A stretch of 34,787 nt of DNA from a virus: UHGV virus genome UHGV-0075096. The stretch is one strand, 5' to 3'. Shown one piece after another: positions 1 to 7,772 of this stretch; positions within the stretch are counted from its first letter, which is position 1, and the number at the start of each line of letters is the position of its first letter. A program made the translations under genes and the position numbers. Under the pieces are notes generated by a model. It saw only the letters and a list, made by a program, of their open reading frames with translations, made no database searches and had not been told where the DNA came from.

Positions 1-49
1 TTGATATATTTAAAACTTAGGACTTATTTGAATCACATTTGAGGTGGTT

Positions 50-565
50 ATGAAAAAAATTGCATGTCTTTCAGCACTGGCCGCAGTTCTGGCTTTCACC
101 GCAGGTACTTCCGTAGCTGCGACTTCTACTGTAACTGGCGGTTACGCACAGAGCGACGCTCAGGGCCAAATGAACAAAATGGGCGGTTTCAACCTGAAAT
201 ACCGCTATGAAGAAGACAACAGCCCGCTGGGTGTGATCGGTTCTTTCACTTACACCGAGAAAAGCCGTACTGCAAGCTCTGGTGACTACAACAAAAACCA
301 GTACTACGGCATCACTGCTGGTCCGGCTTACCGCATTAACGACTGGGCAAGCATCTACGGTGTAGTGGGTGTGGGTTATGGTAAATTCCAGACCACTGAA
401 TACCCGACCTACAAACACGACACCAGCGACTACGGTTTCTCCTACGGTGCTGGTCTGCAGTTCAACCCGATGGAAAACGTTGCTCTGGACTTCTCTTACG
501 AGCAGAGCCGTATTCGTAGCGTTGACGTAGGCACCTGGATTGCCGGTGTTGGTTACCGCTTCTAA
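50..565 (+). CDS. ompX: outer membrane protein X (OmpX), 8-stranded beta-barrel
   Basis: ORF 44..565 translation (MKKIACLSALAAVLAFTAG...GVGYRF) reads as E. coli OmpX with a signal peptide; the ATG at 50 follows a GAGGTGG RBS; recognised from memory, not searched. Confidence 0.93.
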   Translation: MKKIACLSALAAVLAFTAGTSVAATSTVTGGYAQSDAQGQMNKMGGFNLKYRYEEDNSPLGVIGSFTYTEKSRTASSGDYNKNQYYGITAGPAYRINDWASIYGVVGVGYGKFQTTEYPTYKHDTSDYGFSYGAGLQFNPMENVALDFSYEQSRIRSVDVGTWIAGVGYRF

Positions 566-580
566 TCACTTCGGTGATAT

Positions 581-611
581 AAAAAATCCGCCTCTCGGGG
601 CGGATTTTTTT
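581..611. terminator. bidirectional rho-independent terminator between convergent ompX and opgE
   Basis: A6-AATCCGCC-loop-GGCGGATT-T7: GC-rich 8-bp stem flanked by an A-run and a T-run, so it can terminate on either strand. Confidence 0.8.
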
Positions 612-614
612 GTT

Positions 615-2198
615 TTAAGGTTTCGGGTCGAAAATATCGGTTCCGAGATGGTTGTAATCCACCTTCTGTAACTGGAAGTTGGTGATGTATATCGGCCCGG
701 CTTTCTTCTCAGATATAAACGGGTATTTGATATTTATTTCCTTCGCTTTAATTCCCGTCCACTGCGAGAAAAAGCCTAAGAAGTCATTGGCCGAGCGGCG
801 GGCTTTAATCACCCGATGCGCTTTATCGTCGCTGGAAATGACCATAAAAGGCACCTGGAAATTTTGCTGATACTTATCATCATGGGCAAGGTATTGCACG
901 TCTTTGCCGCGCTCTTTAAAGGCCAGACCGTGGTCGGAAAAGTAAACCAGCGAGAAGCTGCTGCCGCTGTTGCGTAACTGATCGTACAGCTTGCGCAGTA
1001 AATTGTCTGTTTGCGTCATGGTATAGAGATAGCACGACGTTTCTTTCGATTGCACAAAGGTTTCGTATTTGCCTTGTGTCCGGTCGCAGGCCTGCGGATG
1101 CGAGCCCATCAGGTGTAGAACAATCAGCTGCGGTTGCGAGTGCTCTTGCGCCAGCACTTGAGCGGTCATATCCAGTAACGCTTCGTCTTTCGTGTTTTTA
1201 TCTGCTTCAAAATTACCTTCTTTCAGGAAGTACACTTCATCTGCTCGTTTGGCGATGCTGGCGATGGCGGTATCGTATTCGCCGATTTGGCCCTGGTTGG
1301 AAAACCACCAGGTCTGGAAGCCCGCGCGATTTGCCAGGGTGACAAAGTTATCCTGAAACTGTGGTTTGCCATCGACAACGCGATTGAGCGTTAAGCCAAG
1401 CGATTTCTGCGTGGAGCCACTGGCGGCAATGTAGTCAGCAAATATCAAACCGTTAACGCTGCTGGCAAACGGGGTATTGTCCCAGTGACCGCCAAAGGCA
1501 CCGAGGGCATCGCGACGCGCGCTTTCTCCGATCACCACCACATAGGTCTGATACTTCGGCTTAACGGCAGTGACCGTCCAGGTATCTTTCATTCCGGAAA
1601 GTTTTGCCATCCGTTCTTGCTCTTCAATCACCTCGTTATTATTGACGATGACATCCTTAGCAAAACGAAATACCGGATAGCCAGTATCTTTCAGTTTAAA
1701 TACGCCGCCCCAGGCCAGGTTTTGCACGGGAGCAACAAAAAATGTCGCCACACTGAATACCAGGCACAGGCTGTCGAAGGTATTCCAGCGCGCTTTTTCA
1801 CTCTCTTTTTTTCGCCTGATTGCTATTACGCCGAGCGCAAAAATAAATATGCCGACCAGGTAGCTGTACCACGGAAAAATCGTCAGGATTTCGGTCGACT
1901 CTTCCATATTGGTGGAGTGCAATGCCAGCAATGTATTGAAGTTAGGCGCGCCGTAGGCCTGAGCAAAAGGGAAATAACAAGCCGCCACCAGCGAACTGAT
2001 ACCGACCAGAACTTTTTGTACGCGAGGCAATGTTCGCCATAGCAAAAGCAAAATAGCCGTAAACGCAGCGGTGTAGAGCAAACTGAAGGGGTAACCTAAG
2101 CCGAGGTTAATTAATAGCGACTGTAAAAAGTAGAACGCAGTCCACGGGCTAAATACCCGGCTACGGGTAACAAGCGATTCTTTGAGGGTTAAATTCAT
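615..2198 (-). CDS. opgE: phosphoethanolamine transferase OpgE (YbiP)
   Basis: 527-aa ORF with an N-terminal multi-TM region and a C-terminal sulfatase-like domain; sequence reads as E. coli OpgE/YbiP, the known ompX neighbour. Confidence 0.9.
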   Translation of the reverse strand: MNLTLKESLVTRSRVFSPWTAFYFLQSLLINLGLGYPFSLLYTAAFTAILLLLWRTLPRVQKVLVGISSLVAACYFPFAQAYGAPNFNTLLALHSTNMEESTEILTIFPWYSYLVGIFIFALGVIAIRRKKESEKARWNTFDSLCLVFSVATFFVAPVQNLAWGGVFKLKDTGYPVFRFAKDVIVNNNEVIEEQERMAKLSGMKDTWTVTAVKPKYQTYVVVIGESARRDALGAFGGHWDNTPFASSVNGLIFADYIAASGSTQKSLGLTLNRVVDGKPQFQDNFVTLANRAGFQTWWFSNQGQIGEYDTAIASIAKRADEVYFLKEGNFEADKNTKDEALLDMTAQVLAQEHSQPQLIVLHLMGSHPQACDRTQGKYETFVQSKETSCYLYTMTQTDNLLRKLYDQLRNSGSSFSLVYFSDHGLAFKERGKDVQYLAHDDKYQQNFQVPFMVISSDDKAHRVIKARRSANDFLGFFSQWTGIKAKEINIKYPFISEKKAGPIYITNFQLQKVDYNHLGTDIFDPKP

Positions 2199-2469
2199 AT
2201 GCCACTATCGTAACAAACGCCATGTGCTTACCCTGGCGTCAAGGGTCAATACCTGCAAGAGTGCGTGAAGAGGGGAAAGGGGTCCGCATCCGCGAGCCGC
2301 AATATACGCAGGGCTGCAAGAAGATAGAGCGAGCTGCTGTTCAGGTCAACTACCGACGAACAAATCTTTTGCGAAGGGGATTGCAAATCCGACAAAAAGT
2401 GGGGTTTTTCAGACCAAAACGCGTTGTGCCTGCATAAAAGCAGGAGTGAAGCGGCGTACCGCGACGCCG

Positions 2470-2598
2470 CTATTTATCGGAAGGTTTATCCTGCTGCGGT
2501 TTGTTGTTGACCATATCGCATAACATAGAGAGCAGCATTAACCGTACTTTAAAGGGAGAATGACTAAACACGCGCATACACCTCTTGAACTCATTCAT
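2470..2598 (-). CDS. mntS: small protein MntS (manganese homeostasis; RybA locus)
   Basis: Hand translation of the minus strand gives the 42-aa peptide MNEFKRCMRVFSHSPFKVRLMLLSMLCDMVNNKPQQDKPSDK; it is absent from the ORF track because it is under 60 aa. A hairpin GCGGCGT-N6-ACGCCGC (2451-2470) abuts the stop codon. Confidence 0.85.
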   Translation of the reverse strand: MNEFKRCMRVFSHSPFKVRLMLLSMLCDMVNNKPQQDKPSDK

Positions 2599-2656
2599 AA
2601 GACCTCCTGACTTGCTAATCCCATCGATCCTTGAGGGATGATTGCATTACATACAG

Positions 2657-2674
2657 ATATAGCACAGGCTATAT
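2657..2674. promoter_or_regulatory. MntR-box-like palindrome upstream of mntS
   Basis: Perfect inverted repeat ATATAGC-ACAG-GCTATAT, 59-76 bp upstream of the mntS ATG; it resembles MntR operators (CATAGC...GCTATG type). Confidence 0.5.
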
Positions 2675-2765
2675 TATAAAGCATCAACTATCTGCGAAAA
2701 ACAACAACTTACAGTGTTATCAATAAGTTACGTTGGTTAATGTCTGTGAGTATTCGGCAGTATTT

Positions 2766-3806
2766 CTAAGCTGTCGCGACATTTTTGCGACATTTTAGGG
2801 GGTTAAGTCGCACAGCATCTTCAAGGTGGCTTGGGGCGAAGTGGGCATAACGCATTGTCATGGTTATGTCAGCGTGGCCGAGAATTTTTTGCAAAACCAG
2901 AATGTTTCCGCCGTTCATCATAAAGTGGCTGGCAAATGTATGGCGCAGTACATGGGTAAGCTGGCCGGAGGGGAGTTCAATGCCTGCGCGTTCCAGAGCA
3001 GAGCGGAAAGCGTTGTAGCAGGGCTTGGGGAACAGAGCGCCTTTTGTTTCAGGTAATTCGGACAGAAGTTCATCATCAAGGGGAATTGTTCTGTTGCGCT
3101 TCCCTTTGGTTTTGACGAACGTGACTTTACCCCCGGCGATCTGGGAGCTTTTCAGCGTTGCCGCCTCATTCCACCTTGCGCCGGTAGCAAGGCAGATTTT
3201 GACAACTAATTCTAGGTACTTAACTTTGCTTCGTTTGCATTCCAGTAAAAGCCGATCAATTTCTTCGGTAGTGAGGAAAGCCATTTCGGTTTCATCAGTA
3301 CGATACTGTCTGACGTTTTCCAGTGGGTTGGGTGCTGACCATTCACCAATCCGTTTCAGTTCATTGAACATCGCTAGAAAGTAAGCATGTTCAAGGTTCA
3401 TAGTTTTCGGGGAAACCTTAGATACTCTGTTGGTGCGGGCATAATGCCCATCCAGCCTTTTAGCGCGGTAGGCTGTGAACAACTGGGCATTAAATTCTGT
3501 GGCCAGCGGGAATCCCATGCATTCCGCCGCCCAGGTCATAGCATCTTTACGCTTTTCGCCATTGCTCAAAGCTACGCCGTGGCGTTCATACCACATTGTT
3601 ATCAGATCTATTAAAGTTCGCTTGTCCTTCCCTTCACCCAGCCACGGAGCTGCGTCTACTTTCTGAAGCGTATGGTTTTCGAATGCCAGGGCTTCCCCTT
3701 TCGTGGCAAATTTTTTACGTATACGCTTCCCGTTCTTGCCATTACTGCGGTTGACGGTGTAGAAGTCGGCGATCCATTCGCCTGTAGGAAGTTTACGAAC
3801 GCTCAT
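2766..3806 (-). CDS. int: P2/186-type tyrosine integrase
   Basis: 346 aa; N-terminal region similar to P2 Int (GKNGKRIRKKF...), C-terminal catalytic motifs ATGARWNEA, HVLRHTFASH and the Y of MTMRYAHF; lies 2 bp downstream of cI as in 186. Confidence 0.9.
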   Translation of the reverse strand: MSVRKLPTGEWIADFYTVNRSNGKNGKRIRKKFATKGEALAFENHTLQKVDAAPWLGEGKDKRTLIDLITMWYERHGVALSNGEKRKDAMTWAAECMGFPLATEFNAQLFTAYRAKRLDGHYARTNRVSKVSPKTMNLEHAYFLAMFNELKRIGEWSAPNPLENVRQYRTDETEMAFLTTEEIDRLLLECKRSKVKYLELVVKICLATGARWNEAATLKSSQIAGGKVTFVKTKGKRNRTIPLDDELLSELPETKGALFPKPCYNAFRSALERAGIELPSGQLTHVLRHTFASHFMMNGGNILVLQKILGHADITMTMRYAHFAPSHLEDAVRLNPLKCRKNVATA

Positions 3807-3807
3807 T

Positions 3808-4425
3808 TTATTTTATCGTCAGAACAACGCGGCCTATGATTTTTATGTCGTCAATTCCGCAATCAAATGCCATACCAACACCGCTAACTCTGACTTTTCG
3901 TACCGGAATCCGTGTAAGAGTGCGGACGCTTGTTTTTCCTTCAACTTCAACCAACCAATCATCGTCATAAACTTCAGAATAAGACTGGTCAACAATGTAC
4001 TGAATAAGGCCATCCAGAACACAAATCGGTTGTTGCGGTAAGGGCTTGCCAGGCAGGAAGATGACTTTATCAAGCATAAGTGTGCCAGCGTCATAGAGTT
4101 GGCCATCAACAATCTTGCTGCGCGGCATTTTGAGTATGTCTAATTCATCATCATTAAATTTACGTCCCTGTCCTGTTGCCAGCCACTCCAGATTAGCGCC
4201 TGTTTCGGCTACGCATTTCACGACAATATCTGCCGGGAAAACTCCACGCTTGTAGCGTGAAGAAAGAGAACTGGCTGCCATGTCCAGATGTTCCGCGAGC
4301 TGTAACTTCTGCGTAAATCCGTAAGCCTCGATCACCCTGTCAAGAATCGGTGTGCTATCTACGTTTAGGTCGATTTTAAATGTGCTCATAGCGAATCCAT
4401 AAGTCTCGATTCGAGAAATTGCCAT
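3808..4425 (-). CDS. 186-type CI immunity repressor
   Basis: About 205 aa with an N-terminal HTH-like segment (EAYGFTQKLQLAEHLDMAASSLSSRYKRG) in the position and orientation of 186 cI, co-directional with int. Start is uncertain: ATG at 4425 chosen, alternatives GTG 4431 and ATG 4389. Confidence 0.7.
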   Translation of the reverse strand: MAISRIETYGFAMSTFKIDLNVDSTPILDRVIEAYGFTQKLQLAEHLDMAASSLSSRYKRGVFPADIVVKCVAETGANLEWLATGQGRKFNDDELDILKMPRSKIVDGQLYDAGTLMLDKVIFLPGKPLPQQPICVLDGLIQYIVDQSYSEVYDDDWLVEVEGKTSVRTLTRIPVRKVRVSGVGMAFDCGIDDIKIIGRVVLTIK

Positions 4426-4524
4426 TGACACTTCTCGAAACGCGAATTAATCTGGCTCCATATTTCGAATGTTGCCTTATATAACCCTGTATTGCCGTAC
4501 AGGTTAACTTGTGGAGTTTGCCTT
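4426..4524. promoter_or_regulatory. lysis-lysogeny switch region between divergent cI and apl starts
   Basis: 99-bp gap between the divergently oriented cI and apl start codons; in 186/P2 the lytic and lysogenic promoters and operators lie here. Individual -35/-10 elements were not resolved. Confidence 0.45.
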
Positions 4525-4746
4525 ATGCGTCCGAACATTACAATCATCATCCCAGAACCATACCTGCCTTTAGACGAGTATTGCCGCCGTACTGGCACCA
4601 ACAAAGAAACCGCCAGGAACCTGATCGAATACGGAAAATTACCTATTAAGCCGAAGGGTAAGCAGAAGAAAGGCCTGGTCGAAGTCAACATGGCCGCGCT
4701 CACTATTCAGGCTTTAAGTGAATGTGACATTTCGCTTAACGCGTAA
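4525..4746 (+). CDS. Apl/Cox-like excisionase and switch regulator
   Basis: 73-aa basic protein (MRPNITIIIPEPYLPLDEYCRRTG...) and first gene of the rightward early operon opposite cI, as 186 apl / P2 cox; GTGGAG RBS 8 nt upstream of the ATG at 4525. Confidence 0.65.
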   Translation: MRPNITIIIPEPYLPLDEYCRRTGTNKETARNLIEYGKLPIKPKGKQKKGLVEVNMAALTIQALSECDISLNA

Positions 4747-4776
4747 TCCATCCTACGGATTAGGGAGAGGCAAACA

Positions 4777-5280
4777 ATGTTTGATTACCAGACATCTAAA
4801 CATGCGCACTTTGATGCGGCTTGCCGAGCATTTGCAACTGAGCACAATCTTGAAGATGTGGCCGCTGCTGTTGGTATGAGGCCACAGATCTTGCGCAACA
4901 AACTGAACCCAGCGCAACCGCACCGCCTAACCTGTGATGAGCTTTTGGCTATCACGGATTACACCGAAGATGCACGTTTACTTGATGGGATGTTAGGTCA
5001 GATTAACTGCCTTCCATCCGTGCCGGTGAACAATGCCACTGAAGCCAACATGCAACTGTGTGCGCTTAGCGCCACTGCGTGTGTGGGAGCGATTGCTGGG
5101 GAAGCCGTATCAACTGGCCATATGACCGCCGCCCGCCGTGCTCAAATTTTGGATCGCGCCCGCGATGCAATCCGTAGCTTATCCGTGCTGGCTTATACCG
5201 TTGAAAGCCGTATTCACTCTGCGCCGGTTCTGGCTGCTGCGGTGGATCTGGTCACAACCCACGCCACCGGCCTGATGTGA
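4777..5280 (+). CDS. 186 CII-like transcriptional activator (CP76 family)
   Basis: 167 aa beginning MFDYQTSKHAHFDAACRAFA, the size and position of 186 cII directly after apl; GGGAGAGG RBS. Confidence 0.7.
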   Translation: MFDYQTSKHAHFDAACRAFATEHNLEDVAAAVGMRPQILRNKLNPAQPHRLTCDELLAITDYTEDARLLDGMLGQINCLPSVPVNNATEANMQLCALSATACVGAIAGEAVSTGHMTAARRAQILDRARDAIRSLSVLAYTVESRIHSAPVLAAAVDLVTTHATGLM

Positions 5281-5289
5281 GGGAACACT

Positions 5290-5463
5290 ATGAAAGCGTT
5301 TGTCACTTACCTGAAAAAAGAATCACCAGCCATGCAGTTGCCGAGTGGTTCAACGGGCTGGATAGAACTGCCGAACGGTCAGCGCTGGAACCCAGGCCAC
5401 ATTTACAAATTCAATGGCCAGCAGCCGCGCCGCCCGTGGTGGCGTCGTCTGATGGGGCTATAG
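5290..5463 (+). CDS. hypothetical small early protein (57 aa)
   Basis: Hand translation gives MKAFVTYLKKESPAMQLPSGSTGWIELPNGQRWNPGHIYKFNGQQPRRPWWRRLMGL; GAGGGA RBS 5 nt upstream; ends just before the strong RBS of the next gene; below the track cutoff. Confidence 0.35.
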   Translation: MKAFVTYLKKESPAMQLPSGSTGWIELPNGQRWNPGHIYKFNGQQPRRPWWRRLMGL

Positions 5464-5471
5464 GAGGCGTT

Positions 5472-5900
5472 ATGGCGATTAGCCAGGAACAGCAAAAGCG
5501 CGGGCTGGAGCATTTAAAACAGATCCGCCGCAAATACTTCAGCAAAAGCAGCGAGGCCGCTGAATGGTGGGACAACTTAACACCGGAGTGGCGCGGCGTA
5601 GTGCTTCATGCTGCTGCGGTTACATCTGGTACCGGGGCATTTAAAGCCCATTTAAGTAAGTGCTGCTGGCGGGAGCTTTATGACCGCCTGGGCTATCGGG
5701 ACATGATTCAACTGCGCCAGGGCATTTCACGGGCGCGGTTAACGTTTGAAGGTTTCGGCAGTTTACGTGACAGCGATTTTTCGAAGCGCACCGCGAACCG
5801 CCCGATCAAAAAAGTACATCCCATTTATAGCAGTGGCGGGGTGCAGATGGTGATCGCGCCGCATATCGTCCATAAGTTCCAGCAACAGGGGAATCACTAA
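5472..5900 (+). CDS. hypothetical phage early protein (142 aa)
   Basis: An internal ATG of ORF 5277..5900 is preceded by a consensus AGGAGG RBS (5462-5467); the upstream part of the track ORF overlaps the cII end and the 57-aa ORF and is probably not translated. Confidence 0.6.
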   Translation: MAISQEQQKRGLEHLKQIRRKYFSKSSEAAEWWDNLTPEWRGVVLHAAAVTSGTGAFKAHLSKCCWRELYDRLGYRDMIQLRQGISRARLTFEGFGSLRDSDFSKRTANRPIKKVHPIYSSGGVQMVIAPHIVHKFQQQGNH

Positions 5901-6301
5901 TGACCATTATTTCCGTTGAGGGCAAATCGTTGGGGGCAGAGCTGGCTGTGTGGGGCGTCCCGCATAACTACGCATTAGCGTTTGCAGAGAAAAGCACCAG
6001 TAAAAATGGGCGTATCGCTTTGCATCCGTTCTTCTTCAATGACACTGAACACATGACAAATCCGCGTCACTGGCTGGCGATCAATGCTGCTTTCTGGTGC
6101 TGCGTGTATCGCGAAGCGGAAAGCAAAGAAGCCCAGATAGAAGCGCTGGCGGGGATTCGTGCAATTTTCTATACAGCCGGGGCATTGGGAGTTGGCGAGA
6201 TAAAAGCGCTGATCCAGGAGTGGTGGCGGACAACCTATGAGCTGCACCTGATTCCGGCTCCGAACTACTCAGCCGCCACAGTACAACCCACTTTTCACTA
6301 A
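5900..6301 (+). CDS. hypothetical phage early protein (133 aa)
   Basis: ORF whose start overlaps the previous stop (TAATG), suggesting translational coupling in the early operon. Confidence 0.55.
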   Translation: MTIISVEGKSLGAELAVWGVPHNYALAFAEKSTSKNGRIALHPFFFNDTEHMTNPRHWLAINAAFWCCVYREAESKEAQIEALAGIRAIFYTAGALGVGEIKALIQEWWRTTYELHLIPAPNYSAATVQPTFH

Positions 6302-6368
6302 TTAACAGCCTGAATTTTTTGGCCACGGTTCAAGTGGCCGGGGATTCTTTTGCCTTAAGGAAACCAAA

Positions 6369-6602
6369 ATGCACATGACACGTCAGGATTTACCCGCAAC
6401 AAAATCAGGCACCGACCTGCTGGCCATGCTCACCAAAGCCACGCAGGAAGGTAAAGCCGCAGTTGCTGATCTGTGTTCCACCCGTCTGGATAAGCTGGCC
6501 ACTCATGCGGCCAATGAAGGTTTAAGCGCAACGGAAATCGTTGAGTTAATCCGCGAAGAAGCCGCAGCGATTTGCAGCAAAGGCGGTGCGGCATGGCAGT
6601 AA
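6369..6602 (+). CDS. hypothetical phage early protein (77 aa)
   Basis: ORF with an AAGGA RBS upstream; it follows a hairpin (GGCCAC-N7-GTGGCC, about 6322-6340). Confidence 0.45.
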   Translation: MHMTRQDLPATKSGTDLLAMLTKATQEGKAAVADLCSTRLDKLATHAANEGLSATEIVELIREEAAAICSKGGAAWQ

Positions 6603-6922
6603 AAATTCATGCGGTAAAAATTGCGCCAAAATATCTTGATGCAGTAGTGGCTGGTCAGAAAAAGGCCGAGCTGCGAAAAAACGATCGCGGGTATAAAACC
6701 GGTGATGTTCTTTCATTGTGCGAGTGGAAGCACGGGAAATACACCGGGCGAGAGTGGGCGGCAGTTATCACCCATGTTTTGCCGGTGAATGAAATTATCG
6801 CTGATACCGAAAATTGGGTGGTTTTATCTATCCGTTCGCTGTCACCGCTTGAAGTGCTGGAATACATCATTTCAAACGGTGTAACAGAGTCGTTAGTTGG
6901 CGGAGGTCAATATGGCCGTTAA
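6593..6922 (+). CDS. hypothetical protein, possibly ASCH/DUF3850-like
   Basis: 109 aa from the internal ATG ([40 protein letters not shown]...), a pattern reminiscent of small ASCH-fold phage proteins; overlaps the upstream gene end and the dam start. Confidence 0.4.
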   Translation: MAVKIHAVKIAPKYLDAVVAGQKKAELRKNDRGYKTGDVLSLCEWKHGKYTGREWAAVITHVLPVNEIIADTENWVVLSIRSLSPLEVLEYIISNGVTESLVGGGQYGR

Positions 6923-7772
6923 AACTCCGCTTAAATGGGTGGGCAGCAAAGCCCGCCTCATGCCTAAGCTGCGTCCGCACCTTCCAGAAGGTAAACGCCT
7001 GGTTGAACCGTTCGCAGGTTCCTGCGCCGTCATGATGAATACGGATTATGACGAGTATCTGATCGCAGATGTGAATCCTGACCTGGTTAATCTTTATAAG
7101 GCGATGGCGTATCACACTAATGCGCTGCTGAATGAGCTGGAGATCCTGTTTTCTGCCGGTTCGTTAGGTGATGTAGAAAGCCGTGCCGTTTTCTATTACG
7201 CAGTGCGTGATGCTTTCAATCTTTCTGGTGGTAAGGCCGGTTCTGAATCTGTTGAAAATGCTGCGCGTTTCCTGTACCTGAACCGGCACTGCTTCAATGG
7301 TCTGTGTCGGTATAACCGTCGAGGCCAGTTCAACGTCCCGTTCGGTAAGTACAAAAAGCCTTATTTCCCCGCTGATGAAATCCGCGCCTTTGCTGAAAAA
7401 GCAAAACGCGCAACGTTCATTACTGCCCACTATTCAGAAACGCTTGATTTGGTTCGGGGCGGGAGTGACGTTGTTTACTGTGATCCGCCTTATCTGACTG
7501 ATGCCGACAATTTCACCGCTTACCATGAGCGCGGTTTTTCGCATATGGATCAGGGGCGGCTGGCGCGTAAACTGCGCCGTCTGGCGGAACGTGGGATTCC
7601 CGTTGTCGCGTCAAACAGCGATCTGGAAATGGTGCATTACCTGTATGCAGGGTTTGACGCCGTAAAGGTTAATGCGCCGCGTAGTGTCGGTGCGGCAGCT
7701 GCAAGCCCGAAAACGGCGGCAGAGCTGATTCTTAAATGGCCTTTACCGGCGACTTCTGAGGCCAGCGCATGA
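6912..7772 (+). CDS. dam: DNA adenine (N6) methyltransferase, Dam family
   Basis: AdoMet motif [10 protein letters not shown] and catalytic DPPY (VYCDPPY); strong resemblance to E. coli Dam over the N-terminus (KRLVEPF...NTDY...LIADVNPDL); GGAGG RBS before the ATG at 6912. Confidence 0.88.
   Translation: MAVKTPLKWVGSKARLMPKLRPHLPEGKRLVEPFAGSCAVMMNTDYDEYLIADVNPDLVNLYKAMAYHTNALLNELEILFSAGSLGDVESRAVFYYAVRDAFNLSGGKAGSESVENAARFLYLNRHCFNGLCRYNRRGQFNVPFGKYKKPYFPADEIRAFAEKAKRATFITAHYSETLDLVRGGSDVVYCDPPYLTDADNFTAYHERGFSHMDQGRLARKLRRLAERGIPVVASNSDLEMVHYLYAGFDAVKVNAPRSVGAAAASPKTAAELILKWPLPATSEASA

Noticed and set aside
71-418. Antisense ORFs inside well-supported genes (for example 71..418 inside ompX, 1485..2042 inside opgE, 11534..12394 inside the terminase gene, 14298..14783 inside the capsid gene)
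   Set aside because: They lie fully within, and antisense to, ORFs with strong family-level support and have no RBS or coupling context; they are typical six-frame artefacts of GC-rich coding DNA.
2222-2437. 71-aa plus-strand ORF between opgE and mntS
   Set aside because: It lies in the opgE promoter / mntS terminator interval, has Arg-rich out-of-frame-like composition and no RBS; this region is intergenic in the familiar ompX-opgE-mntS arrangement.
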